Below are positions 9,172 through 19,429 of a stretch of DNA of 64,000 bases, piece by piece. The position numbers were made by a program, and so were the translations under genes. Origin of the DNA: a bacterium (lineage in GTDB: Bacteria; Patescibacteriota; Andersenbacteria; UBA10190); the NCBI GenBank assembly GCA_030698495.1, contig JAUYKA010000035.1, positions 8,778 to 72,777 on the forward strand, written 5' to 3'. The notes below the pieces were generated by a model. That model ran no database searches, was not told where the DNA came from, and was given only the letters and a program-made list of their open reading frames with translations. Positions within the stretch are counted from its first letter, which is position 1. Each line of letters starts with the position of its first letter.

Positions 9172-9208
9172 ACTCTCATTATAAAACTATCCTGCCCCGT
9201 CCACAAAC

Positions 9209-10573
9209 CTACCCCCCATTCTGTATATGCAACCGTCTTTGTAATTCTTCGATAAGTTTTTCCTGCGGTATTACTTCCTGCATGCCGCTCTCCATGTTCC
9301 GCAAAATAACCGTCTTATCAATAACCTCTTTGTGTCCGATAATCAGCGCCGACTGTACCCGCAACCTGTCCGCCGCTTTTAATTGCGCCTGCATGCCATC
9401 GCGATGGATACTCTCGGCAAAAGGAATACCGGCTACTTGTAAATCGCGCATGATACGCAAAGACTGGTTTTTAGCCAGTTCCCCCAGATGAGCAATAAAT
9501 AACTGCGGCGCGTCGGTCACGGTCAATTCCACTTCTTCCGCTTTCAATTGATCAATCACCCGTTCCACACCAATCGATACACCGGTACCCGGCGTATCGC
9601 GACCGCCCAACGCTCTCACCAAACCATCGTATCTGCCACCGCCGGCTAGAGTGTTTTGCGCCACGTCTTCGCGTTTCTTAGCTACAAATTCAAACACGGT
9701 GTGGGTATAGTAGTCCAAACCCCGAACCAGCGACGGAGCCACTTCGTATTTTACCTCTAAGGCATCCAGGCTCTTTAACACCGACTCAAAATATTGCTTT
9801 GATACATCCGTCAAGTGATCCAACAATCGCGGTGCCGTGTTGGCTAGCTGCTGACATTTTTCCTCTTTGCAATCCAGCACCCGCAACGGATTGGTCTTTA
9901 ATCTTTCCGCGCAAAGCCGACACATTTTTTTGCGATTACGCCGATAATGATCGCGCAAAACCTTAATATATTCCTTGCGCTCTCCCGGCCCCCCGATACT
10001 GTTGATTTTTAAAACATAATCCTCAATCCCCAGTTCTCCAAACATCAAATTAGTCACGTAAATCACCTGCGCGTCCGTTATGGGCGCAGACGAACCAAAC
10101 ACCTCCAAGCCTATTTGATGAAACTGCCGCCAGCGTCCGGCCTGGGGGCGATCATAACGAAAATACGGACCAACATAAAAAAGTTTGACCGGCTTCGGCC
10201 AACTGCGCATACCATGTTCAATATAAGCGCGCGCTACCGCCGAAGTTCCTTCGGGACGCAGCGCATACTGACTACTGCCACCGCGCCTCTTTAATTCAAA
10301 CAACTCCTTGCTGACAATATCCGTTTCCTCACCCACCCCTCGAGTAAACAGTATTGTTTCCTCAAACATCGGTGTATCAATTCTCTGCCAGCCAAATCCT
10401 CTGGCCACCGCCTTGGCCGTCTCCACTACATACTCCCAATACTTCTGCTCCTGCGGCAAAATGTCCTGCGTCCCTCGCGGTACCTGCACGGGAAAACCGG
10501 CCGGCGGTTTAACCCTGGCGCTAGCTTTATTCTCCTCCTCTTGCTGTGCCTTTGTCTTTTTATTGAACACCAT
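9209..10573 (-). CDS. hisS: Histidyl-tRNA synthetase
   Basis: Class II aaRS motifs are present, with HisRS-like blocks (RPEGTSAVARAY, GGGRYDGL). The protein is 454 aa. Confidence 0.9.
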   Translation of the reverse strand: MVFNKKTKAQQEEENKASARVKPPAGFPVQVPRGTQDILPQEQKYWEYVVETAKAVARGFGWQRIDTPMFEETILFTRGVGEETDIVSKELFELKRRGGSSQYALRPEGTSAVARAYIEHGMRSWPKPVKLFYVGPYFRYDRPQAGRWRQFHQIGLEVFGSSAPITDAQVIYVTNLMFGELGIEDYVLKINSIGGPGERKEYIKVLRDHYRRNRKKMCRLCAERLKTNPLRVLDCKEEKCQQLANTAPRLLDHLTDVSKQYFESVLKSLDALEVKYEVAPSLVRGLDYYTHTVFEFVAKKREDVAQNTLAGGGRYDGLVRALGGRDTPGTGVSIGVERVIDQLKAEEVELTVTDAPQLFIAHLGELAKNQSLRIMRDLQVAGIPFAESIHRDGMQAQLKAADRLRVQSALIIGHKEVIDKTVILRNMESGMQEVIPQEKLIEELQRRLHIQNGG

Positions 10574-10614
10574 AAGTCTTTTATTCTACTACAAAAATTA
10601 ATAAATGCAAGACC

Positions 10615-10626
10615 GGGAAATTTCCC
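10615..10626. promoter_or_regulatory. Perfect 12 bp palindrome GGGAAATTTCCC about 42 nt upstream of the hisS start. It is a candidate operator related to the GGAAATT repeat family.
   Basis: gaccGGGAAATTTCCCataa is seen directly in sequence. Its half-site equals the unit of the tandem arrays. Confidence 0.3.
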
Positions 10627-10701
10627 ATAAAAATCGGATAAGCCAGTCAAAACAAATCAACCATTGACGATAAAATAACCTTTACTAATAAGCTTATCCA
10701 G

Positions 10702-11310
10702 TTATTGCAAACTAAGGTATCCCGGCTTCATTATCTCAAAAACACTAAAACGATCAAAGGGATACGCCCTGATCCACGTTCTTCCCACAATTTCAAACCT
10801 CTTTAACGGCCCCCACGACCTTGAATCGGAACTAGCGGAACGATTGTCACCCATCACAAAATATTCATCAGACCCCAACCTAACATCTAGTTGTCCACCG
10901 GTCCTGGTACCTGCCGATAAATAGCCGCTCTCGTCTAGCACAACTCCCTGCTGATATTGATCGTTTTGTATTACCACTCGCCCGTCGTTTACCCTGACAG
11001 TATCTCCAGGCAAGCCGATAATTCTCTTGATAAAAAACTGGGAAGGATTATTTGGGTACCGGAAGACAATAACCTCGCCTCGTTGCGGCTCGCGCCAACG
11101 ATATGATAATTCATCGACCACCAGATACTCACCGTCTTCATAACTCGGCTCCATGCTCGCCCCCCTCACAAAAAACGGCTGCACTAAAAAATAACGAACG
11201 GGTATAATAATTACCACCGCGATTAAAAAAACTTTTATCAGCTCCCAAAAAAAACTTCCGATCGACATCAGCGCCGCCTTTGCTCCTACGGTATCGTTTG
11301 GCTCATCCAT
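10702..11310 (-). CDS. lepB: Signal peptidase I (S26 family)
   Basis: The start is taken at MDEPND, an internal Met of ORF 10702-11454. The SM box GASMEP is present after an N-terminal TM segment. Confidence 0.8.
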   Translation of the reverse strand: MDEPNDTVGAKAALMSIGSFFWELIKVFLIAVVIIIPVRYFLVQPFFVRGASMEPSYEDGEYLVVDELSYRWREPQRGEVIVFRYPNNPSQFFIKRIIGLPGDTVRVNDGRVVIQNDQYQQGVVLDESGYLSAGTRTGGQLDVRLGSDEYFVMGDNRSASSDSRSWGPLKRFEIVGRTWIRAYPFDRFSVFEIMKPGYLSLQ

Positions 11311-11508
11311 TTTTATTAACTTAATATTTATGCTTCTATTGTACGCCCCGCGCACAATGCGGCAAGGGTTGATAATTATCGAGTTGCCAATTTTGTTTAA
11401 ATCTTGTTCTCTATAGCCTAACCGAATATATGTTGTATACTCTACCCCAGTCACCGCAATTCCCTAACACGAAGATACACTGCGTTCTCGTTTTTGTCTT
11501 TAAAAATT

Positions 11509-13068
11509 ATGCCAAAAGACCAATCTAAATCAAGCGCGGAAAAACGTATTCTCTGGGAAATAAGAGACAAATATCAAATCCCCAAATCCCCGCGCCGCGG
11601 CAGTTTGACCGCTGCTGCCCGAAAACCCACTCTGTCTGGCCGACCGCAACTCGCCCACGTATCGCCTCCCCCCGCACCGCCGCGTCGAGACAGCGCCAGG
11701 AGCAACTCGCGCCTACCGTCTCGTCCCGCCAAAAAACATTGGCCGCGCCGTTTTTTCATTTTGCTTATAATTGTCATTCTTTTTTCCGGCGGGGTTTTCG
11801 GTTATAAAATTTTAGCCGCCGGCAACAAAATAAGCAGCGCCGAGCGATCTCTGATCGGACAGATCAAAGACCTTTTTCTCGTCGGAGACAAACAACTTAA
11901 AGGAGAAGCCGACGACCGCATCAACGTCATGCTGATTGCTATTGGCGGCGCCGGGCACTCCGGTGAAAACCTGGCCGACACTGTTATGATCGCCAGCCTA
12001 AGACCGTCCGATAATCGGGTATCTCTCCTTTCTATTCCTCGCGACCTTTATGTCCAAGTACCGGGCCAAGATTATTACACGAGAATTAATGCCGTTCACG
12101 CTCACGGTGAATCCCAGAAAGAAGGTCAAGGACCCGAGATGCTCCGCGGTCTGGTCGAAGAAGTTACCGGCTTACCTATTCACTATTACGGACGCGTTGA
12201 TTTCACCGCTTTTAAACAAATTGTTGATGCCGTCGGCGGCATCGACATTACCATTCCTAACGGTTTTTACGACTATTGGCACAAAATTGATTTTCGCGCC
12301 GGCACGGAAAAAATGGACGGGGAACGTGCCCTGGCTTACGTTCGCGCCCGCTACATTGAAGGTCCGGAAGGCGGCGACTTCAAAAGAACCACTCGACAGC
12401 AACAAGTCTTAATGGCTATTCAGGAAAAAGTTTTCTCCGTTAACACCGCTTTCGATTTCGCCGGGCTCAACAAAATTCTCAACTCGCTGTCGGATAACGT
12501 GCGCACCGACATGCAGTTATGGGAAATGAAAAGATTTTACGAAATAGCCCGCCAAGTCAAACATGACAACATCTCTTCAACCGTACTAACCACCGGTCCC
12601 ACAGCTCCCCTGGTCGGCGCTACTGAAATTCTTGGCGACACCCCCGCTTCCGTTCTTAAAACAAAAACCGGGGACTTCTCCGAAATCCAAAGCATTGCCG
12701 CCGGACTTTTTGACAATATTCCGAAGACTGTCACCGCCACCGCCCCACCCCAAGCCTCACCTTCAACCAGCCCCACCCCCCTAACCAAACCTACTATCGC
12801 CATCAGAAACGGCACCGCCATTACCGGCCTAGCCAAACAAACCGGCGATGACTTGAAAGACAAAGGTTACACCGTTACCGGTATCGGCAATGCTGCGAGT
12901 AAAGATACCTCCCAAACAACAGTTTATGTTATCAACGACGACTACGAAGACCAGGCCCAAGACATTGCGGACACCCTGCACGCCCAACTTTCCCATAACT
13001 TGCCGGATAGCGAACAATCCACCGACGCTCAAGTCTTAATTATTCTTGGTACCGATACCGGCGCCTAA
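11509..13068 (+). CDS. LytR-CpsA-Psr (LCP) family cell-wall polymer transferase with an N-terminal TM anchor
   Basis: The ATG at 11509 is taken as the start. The ORF-track start at 11494 is a TTG. A basic cytoplasmic N-terminus, a TM helix and LCP-domain blocks (NVMLIAIGG...DTVMIASL, YVRARY) are present. The 3' end overlaps pth by 33 nt. Confidence 0.8.
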   Translation: MPKDQSKSSAEKRILWEIRDKYQIPKSPRRGSLTAAARKPTLSGRPQLAHVSPPPAPPRRDSARSNSRLPSRPAKKHWPRRFFILLIIVILFSGGVFGYKILAAGNKISSAERSLIGQIKDLFLVGDKQLKGEADDRINVMLIAIGGAGHSGENLADTVMIASLRPSDNRVSLLSIPRDLYVQVPGQDYYTRINAVHAHGESQKEGQGPEMLRGLVEEVTGLPIHYYGRVDFTAFKQIVDAVGGIDITIPNGFYDYWHKIDFRAGTEKMDGERALAYVRARYIEGPEGGDFKRTTRQQQVLMAIQEKVFSVNTAFDFAGLNKILNSLSDNVRTDMQLWEMKRFYEIARQVKHDNISSTVLTTGPTAPLVGATEILGDTPASVLKTKTGDFSEIQSIAAGLFDNIPKTVTATAPPQASPSTSPTPLTKPTIAIRNGTAITGLAKQTGDDLKDKGYTVTGIGNAASKDTSQTTVYVINDDYEDQAQDIADTLHAQLSHNLPDSEQSTDAQVLIILGTDTGA

Positions 13069-13617
13069 CTCACCCAGAACAGCAACTTTAGTCAAACTTG
13101 CCATCGCCGTCAGTTTTTGTTTACTCATCGTTTCCCGCTCTGCCGCCGAAAATTTTTGCAGCACATATTCTTCAGCCTCCATATTCTGCGGCGGACGTCC
13201 TATCCCCAAGCGCAAACGACGAACATCCTTGCTCCCCAACGCTGTCTGCACCGACCGTACCCCATTGTGCCCCTTAGCGCTGCCTCGACCTAAACGAATC
13301 TCGCCCAACGGCAGCTCCATATCATCATGCACTAATAATATCTCCCCCTTATCTAATCGCTCGTATCGGATAAACTCGCCCACCGCCTCACCGGAATTAT
13401 TCATCATCGTTAAAGGAAACATAACCGTTATCTCGCAATCACCAAACACCAACTTGGCGCTGGCCCATTTCCCGCTCGCGTCTGTTTTCCATCCCGACTT
13501 CACCGCCGATTCGTTTTCTCCTACCCAGTCACGCAGTGTTGCAATGCCAAAATTATGACGCGTGTTTGTAAAACGCGTGCCAATATTACCCAACCCGACA
13601 AACAACATCTTTTTCAT
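13036..13617 (-). CDS. pth: Peptidyl-tRNA hydrolase
   Basis: The N-terminus MKKMLFVGLGNIGTRFTNTRHNFG is the classic Pth signature. The protein is 193 aa. Confidence 0.9.
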   Translation of the reverse strand: MKKMLFVGLGNIGTRFTNTRHNFGIATLRDWVGENESAVKSGWKTDASGKWASAKLVFGDCEITVMFPLTMMNNSGEAVGEFIRYERLDKGEILLVHDDMELPLGEIRLGRGSAKGHNGVRSVQTALGSKDVRRLRLGIGRPPQNMEAEEYVLQKFSAAERETMSKQKLTAMASLTKVAVLGELGAGIGTKNN

Positions 13618-14482
13618 ATTTCCATCATAACCCGGTTACGGTCTTCTGTGCAGTTCCACTGTCGAGAGTAGTGAGAAGCGTAGGAGGGGTTGCTTCGCAC
13701 CACAAGCTCGCCAGCGGAACCGCCAAGAACACTCATTACCAGCTTTTCAACCTAGCACATGCGCCTGGTAAGTCAAGAATAGTCTGGTGTTTGTCACGAA
13801 CCCCACTTCGCTCTCACTGAAGCTCGAGCTTCCAGCCTTCGCACAAGGCTTCGGCCGGCGCGGCGAGGGGTTATCCCCCTTCGCTAAAGCTTCGGAGGGA
13901 CAGGTATTTTCGCTCAAAATGCGTGGCTCACCTTCGGTGAGCTCACTTATTTTGGCGAAAATATAAAAAAAAGACCCGTTGGCGCCTGAAGCTGCCACAC
14001 AAACCCTCGAGTTCAGACATGCTGATCTTTGAGGTTTCGCGGCAAGCCATCCACGGCGCCAAGCGGGTCGGGTAACGCCACTCCTCCGAGTGGCATCGAC
14101 CCTGGGCGTATGCTTCTACGGTATAGATAATAGCATCTCTTTACTGCACACACCCAAGAAAGAATGTCCTGCCCCGGGCTTTTCTATAACAGGCAAACCT
14201 GCCTAGTTAAAGCCCGGAAACAGGACAGATCGATTGAAGGAGGAGGAACGTCTGTTCGTTCCTTCTCTTCCTCTTCTCTGATCGTATGAGTAAACCTTTA
14301 CTCATACTCTCTCCTCCTTTCAATCTAGAGAACTGCTACGCCCAGAGGTCAGTTACCCTCTTTGAAAGGACTGTTTCCCATGACAGGCTCCCTTCCCAAA
14401 AAGAGTAACGGATCACCAGCTGTCTGCCTAAACAAACAGACCACCCCAATCAAGAAGTGGTGCCTACAATATATCAATGCTT
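13618..14482. other. An 865 nt non-coding gap between the TrmB-like regulator and pth that is unusually rich in stable hairpins. It is a candidate structured RNA locus of unidentified class.
   Basis: Multiple GC stems with UUCG-type loops are present (gcttcggc, cttcggag, ccttcggtg). A long hairpin gtcctgccccgggcttt...aaagcccggaaacaggac is present. A 14 bp-stem purine-rich palindrome gattgaaggaggag...ctcctcctttcaatc is present. No convincing protein ORF was found. RNase P, tmRNA and SRP consensus motifs could not be matched by eye. Confidence 0.4.
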
Positions 14483-15262
14483 TTACTCATTGTCAACACT
14501 TTCCGATTTGTCCCAAGCTAAATCAAAAAGACGCCTCATCATATCTGCCATAGACTGACTCTCGATAATTACCCCGCCAAGTTTTCCAGTAAACGACCCT
14601 ATAGCAATTCTGTCTTTAAAAATTGTCATACCACTGGTACTAGGAAACAGATCGGTCGGTACAAACCGTCTCTCAGATAATTTCAAATATTCTTTAGAAA
14701 AAAGCTTATTTCTCTGACTTAACGACCTAGTAGAAAAAATTGTCTTTGATTTGATTCTTTTTGCTAAACGTTGACGATAATATTGGTTCTCTTGTTCCGC
14801 AAAAACCGCGTCCAAATGATCGGATGGTGTAAAGTTGTAAATAACATCGCCCGGCTCGCTATACATCACAATTTCCTGTCTCATCGCATGCAGTCCCTCT
14901 TTGCCGCTAAAATACCTCACCGATGGTCGATCGCCAGCCGACTTCATTAATATCTGTAATGCCGGCAACAGACGCTCTAAATCATGCTCTTTGTCTTGTA
15001 TTACCTCGCGCTGCTTCTCCAACAGCCTCATCAACTGCCGCGGCGGCTCGGCTGAAAACAGTGTCTTTTTTCCTTCCTTGTATTGCGTTACCAAGCCCCG
15101 CTTCGCCAAAGAATCAAGCACTACGTAAGTCGTCGCCCGCACTACATGCGCCTTGCGCGATATTTGCTGTACCGCTGCCGAACCAAGCTCTAAACAAGCC
15201 AAGTATACCGAGGCTTCTTTATCCTTTAAACCTAGTTTTTTGAGTTCCGTCTCAAATGGCAT
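14483..15262 (-). CDS. TrmB-family HTH transcriptional regulator
   Basis: The N-terminus LGLKDKEASVYLACLELGSAAVQQISRKAHVVRATTYVVLDSLAKRGLV matches TrmB-type winged helix regulators. Confidence 0.7.
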   Translation of the reverse strand: MPFETELKKLGLKDKEASVYLACLELGSAAVQQISRKAHVVRATTYVVLDSLAKRGLVTQYKEGKKTLFSAEPPRQLMRLLEKQREVIQDKEHDLERLLPALQILMKSAGDRPSVRYFSGKEGLHAMRQEIVMYSEPGDVIYNFTPSDHLDAVFAEQENQYYRQRLAKRIKSKTIFSTRSLSQRNKLFSKEYLKLSERRFVPTDLFPSTSGMTIFKDRIAIGSFTGKLGGVIIESQSMADMMRRLFDLAWDKSESVDNE

Positions 15263-15303
15263 AGAATAGTCCTTGACGCTACATTACAAGCCTAACAAAG
15301 TCA

Positions 15304-18300
15304 ATGAACACTGCTCAAGACAACTGTCAATTATTATCAACAAATCTTCAGGAAAATCTGATGCCCTTTATCGAGTATTTAAAAAACGACCTGACTGCGA
15401 ATGATAACACCGCCAAAACAGACATTCCTATACGCCATCTGCCTTTGTTTTTGGCCTACATCAACACTTTCTTTAATCGGATTTTTGCCATAGTTGACAC
15501 GGGACCGCAACGTGCCCAGAAGCTATCCATAATAACTTCTCAATGGTCATCACTTCTAAATGTCAAAAATAATTGTCAATTAATTTCCGATACCTTAAAC
15601 CAAGCTGAAACCAGCGGCGATGTTGTGTCCAGTCTCAGTCAGACTTATCACCGTTTGCTTCTCCCCCAAAACCAGGAGAAAAACATATTTATTTTACCGA
15701 TAGACAAATTAGACATAGCCATACCCGATCCCGCGCAATATCAAAACAACATTATAACCATCACCGTCGGCGAGCCAACCACTCTAAGCCAACTCACCGA
15801 AGCCCTTATTAAAACCGGCTACCATCGTTATCGCGAACAACTGTCCGGCCCCGGTCTGCAAATCATAGGGGAACAGATGCATATCAAACACCCCCTTCTA
15901 ACTGGCTACTATGCCATAACCTTTTACGGCTCGTCTATTGAAAAGATAGTTCACCACCACGCCCGACGCGCTATCCGCCAACACCGCCTTAATATACCAC
16001 CTGCTTCTTTTTCCCAATCCCGTCAAAACATAACATCAATTTTATCCTCCTTTTTATTAATTCGGCCCGCGCACTCACCCGCGCCAAACCACACCAAAAA
16101 CATTATCTATAACGCGATCGGTGCCCATCGGCTTTTTCCTTTTCAACAACCTTCAAATCCGATGAAAGTCCTGTCTTCACCAAACAACTTTCTTCTTTAT
16201 ACTAATCATGACCGCGTTGCCAACTTTCTCAAAAATAATCGTTTATCGGTTAAATTATGCTCCTCTCCATTGGCAACCAACAATTCAAGTCTGGTCGGTA
16301 ACAACCTGGCCGTAGTTTGTGAACAAACACTTTTTCCTTCTACAGACAAGCAAAAAAACGCACCCCTATCTTATCAACAAGGGCTGGCTCTTATCAGCGA
16401 CTTGCGCGTCGGCCGGCCGGCCGTGCACAGCGACCATGGCATCGGCATATATGAAGGACTGCAGACAAGAACTATCAGCCATCAAACTCGCGAGTATCTG
16501 GTTTTGCGTTACGCGCAGGGCGACAGTCTATCCGTACCGGTCGAATACGCCCATAAAGTTACCGGCTATCTAGGAGACACCACCCCCGTCCTCAACCGCC
16601 TTGGCGGCAACTTGTGGTTTAAAACCAAAAAAAGCGCCCAACATGATGCCGCCAAGTTTGCTCGCGAACTCCTCGACCTCGCCGCCCGCCGGTCACAATC
16701 GACAGCCAATCAATATATTATTGACTCCGAATTGGAAAAAAAATTAGCCGACAGTTTTCCCTATAAACTTACTCCCGACCAATTACGCGCTTGGCTTGAT
16801 ATTCAAGACGATCTCGTCTCACCGCGTCATCTGGATCGCTTAATTGTCGGCGATGTTGGCTTCGGCAAAACGGAACTGGCGCTGCGTACTGCCCGCCACG
16901 CCGTTAACAACAATAAACAAGTCGCCATCCTCGCCCCCACTACTTTACTCGTCCAACAACACGTCGATAATTTCCACCAACGCCTGGCCGATATCGCTGA
17001 TCAAATAGGAGTTTTATCCCGTTTTTCATCCCCTTCCCAACAAACCGCAACCAAAAGACAAATTACTGCGGGCAGTTTAAAAATAATTATCGGCACCCAC
17101 GCCCTATTGAGCCCATCAATTGACTGGCAAAATCTTGGCCTCGTTATTATCGATGAAGAACAACGCTTCGGTGTTAAACAAAAAGAACACTTTAAGAAAA
17201 TCCGCGCCCATTTAGATGTACTGGCTCTTACCGCCACCCCTATCCCCCGCACCCTCTCCATGGCGCTCACCGGATTAAAGCAGTTATCCGTTATCAGCAC
17301 CCCTCCGGCCGGACGGCGCAGTATCAAATCTTTTGTCTGCCCACTCAATGACCAAGACTTCGCCCGCGCTCTTAACACCGAGCTTGTCCGTCACGGCCAA
17401 ATATATATTATCGCGCCCAAAATCCGTCAGCTTCACGCGCTGGCACATCAAGTCAATCAACTAGCGCCCCAAGCCAAGCTCGCGATTGCACATGGACGCA
17501 TGCCGGCCAAACAATTATCTGATGTCATGTCCCGATTCGATAACCAAGACATCGATGTTTTGGTGAGCTCATCTATTATTGAAAACGGACTTGATCTACC
17601 CCATGCCAACACCATCATCATCGTTAATGCCACTCATTTCGGTCTAGCCGATCTCTATCAGCTACGTGGACGCGTCGGACGACGCCAGCGCCAAGGTTAT
17701 GCCTACTTTTTTTATGATCAACATAAACTATCTGAACAACAACGCCGCCGGCTCACTGCCCTTATAGAAGCCTCGCGCCTGGGCTCCGGCTGGTCGCTCG
17801 CCCAAAAAGACTTGGAAATTCGCGGGGCTGGCAGTCTGCTTGGCGCCGAACAAAGCGGCACCGTCAACGCCGTCGGCATCCAATTATATCTTGATTTAAT
17901 CAAACAAGCGGCTGACCGGATGGAAGATAATTTCATTCCCCGCCGCGACGTTGATATCCTTCTGCCTTTACCGGCATTTATTCCGCCTCCTTACGTTGCA
18001 GACCCAGCCCAGCGCGCCCTCGTTTATCAAAAAATGTCCCGTGCCGACAGTCCCAAAAATCTCGAATTGGAACTATCGCGTTTAATAGAGCAATATGGTC
18101 CTCTGCCGCCAGAAGTCAACAACCTGCGTCTGGTCATCCTGCTCCAACATGCCGCTTCCAAAGCCGGCATCTCCCGCCTGGAAAGTACCGTTATCACACC
18201 ACCCGACGAAGACCCTTACACTAAGATATTTATAACCACCGCTAGTCCACCGGCTGTCCTGCGTAAAATCGGCGGTTTGGGCAATTGGCAGGTAATCGAA

Positions 18301-18387
18301 AACAAATTAGTGTTAGTCTTAGATGCTGTCACCCCAAAATTCATCTCACAGCTCATCGCTAAACTACTCAATAAACAATTAACCTAA
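15304..18387 (+). CDS. mfd: Transcription-repair coupling factor Mfd. It has a shortened N-terminus of 1027 aa.
   Basis: A CarD/TRCF RNAP-interacting domain (RPAVHSDHGIGIYEGL...) is present. Superfamily-2 helicase motifs (GDVGFGKTE, DEEQRFGV) are present. A TRG-like region and a C-terminal D7-like domain are present. Confidence 0.85.
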   Translation: MNTAQDNCQLLSTNLQENLMPFIEYLKNDLTANDNTAKTDIPIRHLPLFLAYINTFFNRIFAIVDTGPQRAQKLSIITSQWSSLLNVKNNCQLISDTLNQAETSGDVVSSLSQTYHRLLLPQNQEKNIFILPIDKLDIAIPDPAQYQNNIITITVGEPTTLSQLTEALIKTGYHRYREQLSGPGLQIIGEQMHIKHPLLTGYYAITFYGSSIEKIVHHHARRAIRQHRLNIPPASFSQSRQNITSILSSFLLIRPAHSPAPNHTKNIIYNAIGAHRLFPFQQPSNPMKVLSSPNNFLLYTNHDRVANFLKNNRLSVKLCSSPLATNNSSLVGNNLAVVCEQTLFPSTDKQKNAPLSYQQGLALISDLRVGRPAVHSDHGIGIYEGLQTRTISHQTREYLVLRYAQGDSLSVPVEYAHKVTGYLGDTTPVLNRLGGNLWFKTKKSAQHDAAKFARELLDLAARRSQSTANQYIIDSELEKKLADSFPYKLTPDQLRAWLDIQDDLVSPRHLDRLIVGDVGFGKTELALRTARHAVNNNKQVAILAPTTLLVQQHVDNFHQRLADIADQIGVLSRFSSPSQQTATKRQITAGSLKIIIGTHALLSPSIDWQNLGLVIIDEEQRFGVKQKEHFKKIRAHLDVLALTATPIPRTLSMALTGLKQLSVISTPPAGRRSIKSFVCPLNDQDFARALNTELVRHGQIYIIAPKIRQLHALAHQVNQLAPQAKLAIAHGRMPAKQLSDVMSRFDNQDIDVLVSSSIIENGLDLPHANTIIIVNATHFGLADLYQLRGRVGRRQRQGYAYFFYDQHKLSEQQRRRLTALIEASRLGSGWSLAQKDLEIRGAGSLLGAEQSGTVNAVGIQLYLDLIKQAADRMEDNFIPRRDVDILLPLPAFIPPPYVADPAQRALVYQKMSRADSPKNLELELSRLIEQYGPLPPEVNNLRLVILLQHAASKAGISRLESTVITPPDEDPYTKIFITTASPPAVLRKIGGLGNWQVIENKLVLVLDAVTPKFISQLIAKLLNKQLT

Positions 18388-18454
18388 CAAAAAATTATTT
18401 TGTAATTTTGGATTGTCATTTTGATTTTTGCATTTTAAATTTTGAATTAACGAA

Positions 18455-19339
18455 ATGTCCGAAATCCACCACATAACCGAGAACAGCGACCTCTACCCGC
18501 CCCTCCTGCGCGAAATTCATCATCCGCCCGTCGAACTTTTCATCCGCGGCAATATACACCTTCTGCAACACCCTCACCTACTCGCCGTTGTCGGCAGCCG
18601 CCGCGCTTCCACTTACGGCAAACAGTGCGTGACCCAACTCCTCCCGCCCGCGGTACTGGCGGGAGCCGTTCCCGTTTCCGGCCTTGCTTATGGCATCGAC
18701 TCTCTGGCGCATCGTACAGCCGTTGATTTACAACTGCCCACTATTGCCGTACTGGGTTCCGGCATTGACGACGCCTCTATATACCCTCGTATCAATATTG
18801 CCTTGGCACATAAAATTATTTCTTTCGGCGGAGCGCTAATCTCCGAATATCCGCCCGGCACCCCCGCTTATCCATACAACTTCCCCGCGCGCAACCGCAT
18901 CATTTCCGGCCTGTGCCAAGCCACTATTATCGTTCAGGCCGCCCGGCGTTCCGGCTCGCTAGTCACCGCCCGTCTGGCGCTGGAAGCAAACCGGGACGTA
19001 GCCATAATCCCCGGCCCTATCAATGATCCCAGAAATGCCGGCACCAACGAGCTTCTTCTGCACGGTGCCATTCCCATTATCAGCCCCGAACAAGTCGCGG
19101 ATCTGGTCGGACTTACTTTACCCGCAAACAACGCCGCTCCCGAACAAATATCACTCACCGCCACCCAGCAAAAAATTATGGACATCCTTTCCGATAAACC
19201 GCTACATCTTGATACGATTACCGAACGCAGTCAGCTTCCTTCTCCAACCATCGCCGCCATTATTACCGAACTGGAACTTTTTGATTTAATCCAACACGCC
19301 GGCGGACAGACATACCTAAAAATCAAACAAACAACTTGA
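18455..19339 (+). CDS. dprA: DNA processing protein DprA (Smf)
   Basis: Rossmann-like DprA core (LAVVGSRRASTYG, GLAYGIDSLAH, ARNRIISGL) with a C-terminal winged-helix region. Confidence 0.85.
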   Translation: MSEIHHITENSDLYPPLLREIHHPPVELFIRGNIHLLQHPHLLAVVGSRRASTYGKQCVTQLLPPAVLAGAVPVSGLAYGIDSLAHRTAVDLQLPTIAVLGSGIDDASIYPRINIALAHKIISFGGALISEYPPGTPAYPYNFPARNRIISGLCQATIIVQAARRSGSLVTARLALEANRDVAIIPGPINDPRNAGTNELLLHGAIPIISPEQVADLVGLTLPANNAAPEQISLTATQQKIMDILSDKPLHLDTITERSQLPSPTIAAIITELELFDLIQHAGGQTYLKIKQTT

Positions 19340-19429
19340 CATACCAGCAATGTTTCGCTTTACTCCCACTAATGACTTATTATTACCGAATAGCCAACGG
19401 CTCATTAAATTAACTTAAATTATCTTCAG

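Noticed and set aside
13618-14482. Specific assignment as RNase P RNA, tmRNA or SRP RNA
   Set aside because: None of the conserved blocks could be matched by eye on either strand. These include the P4 AGGAAAGUCCGGGCUC block, the GGUAAGAGCGCACC block, the tmRNA tRNA-like end with an ALAA tag frame, and the SRP GGAAGGAAGCAGC block. Only a GGUAACGCC fragment resembles RNase P, which is insufficient.
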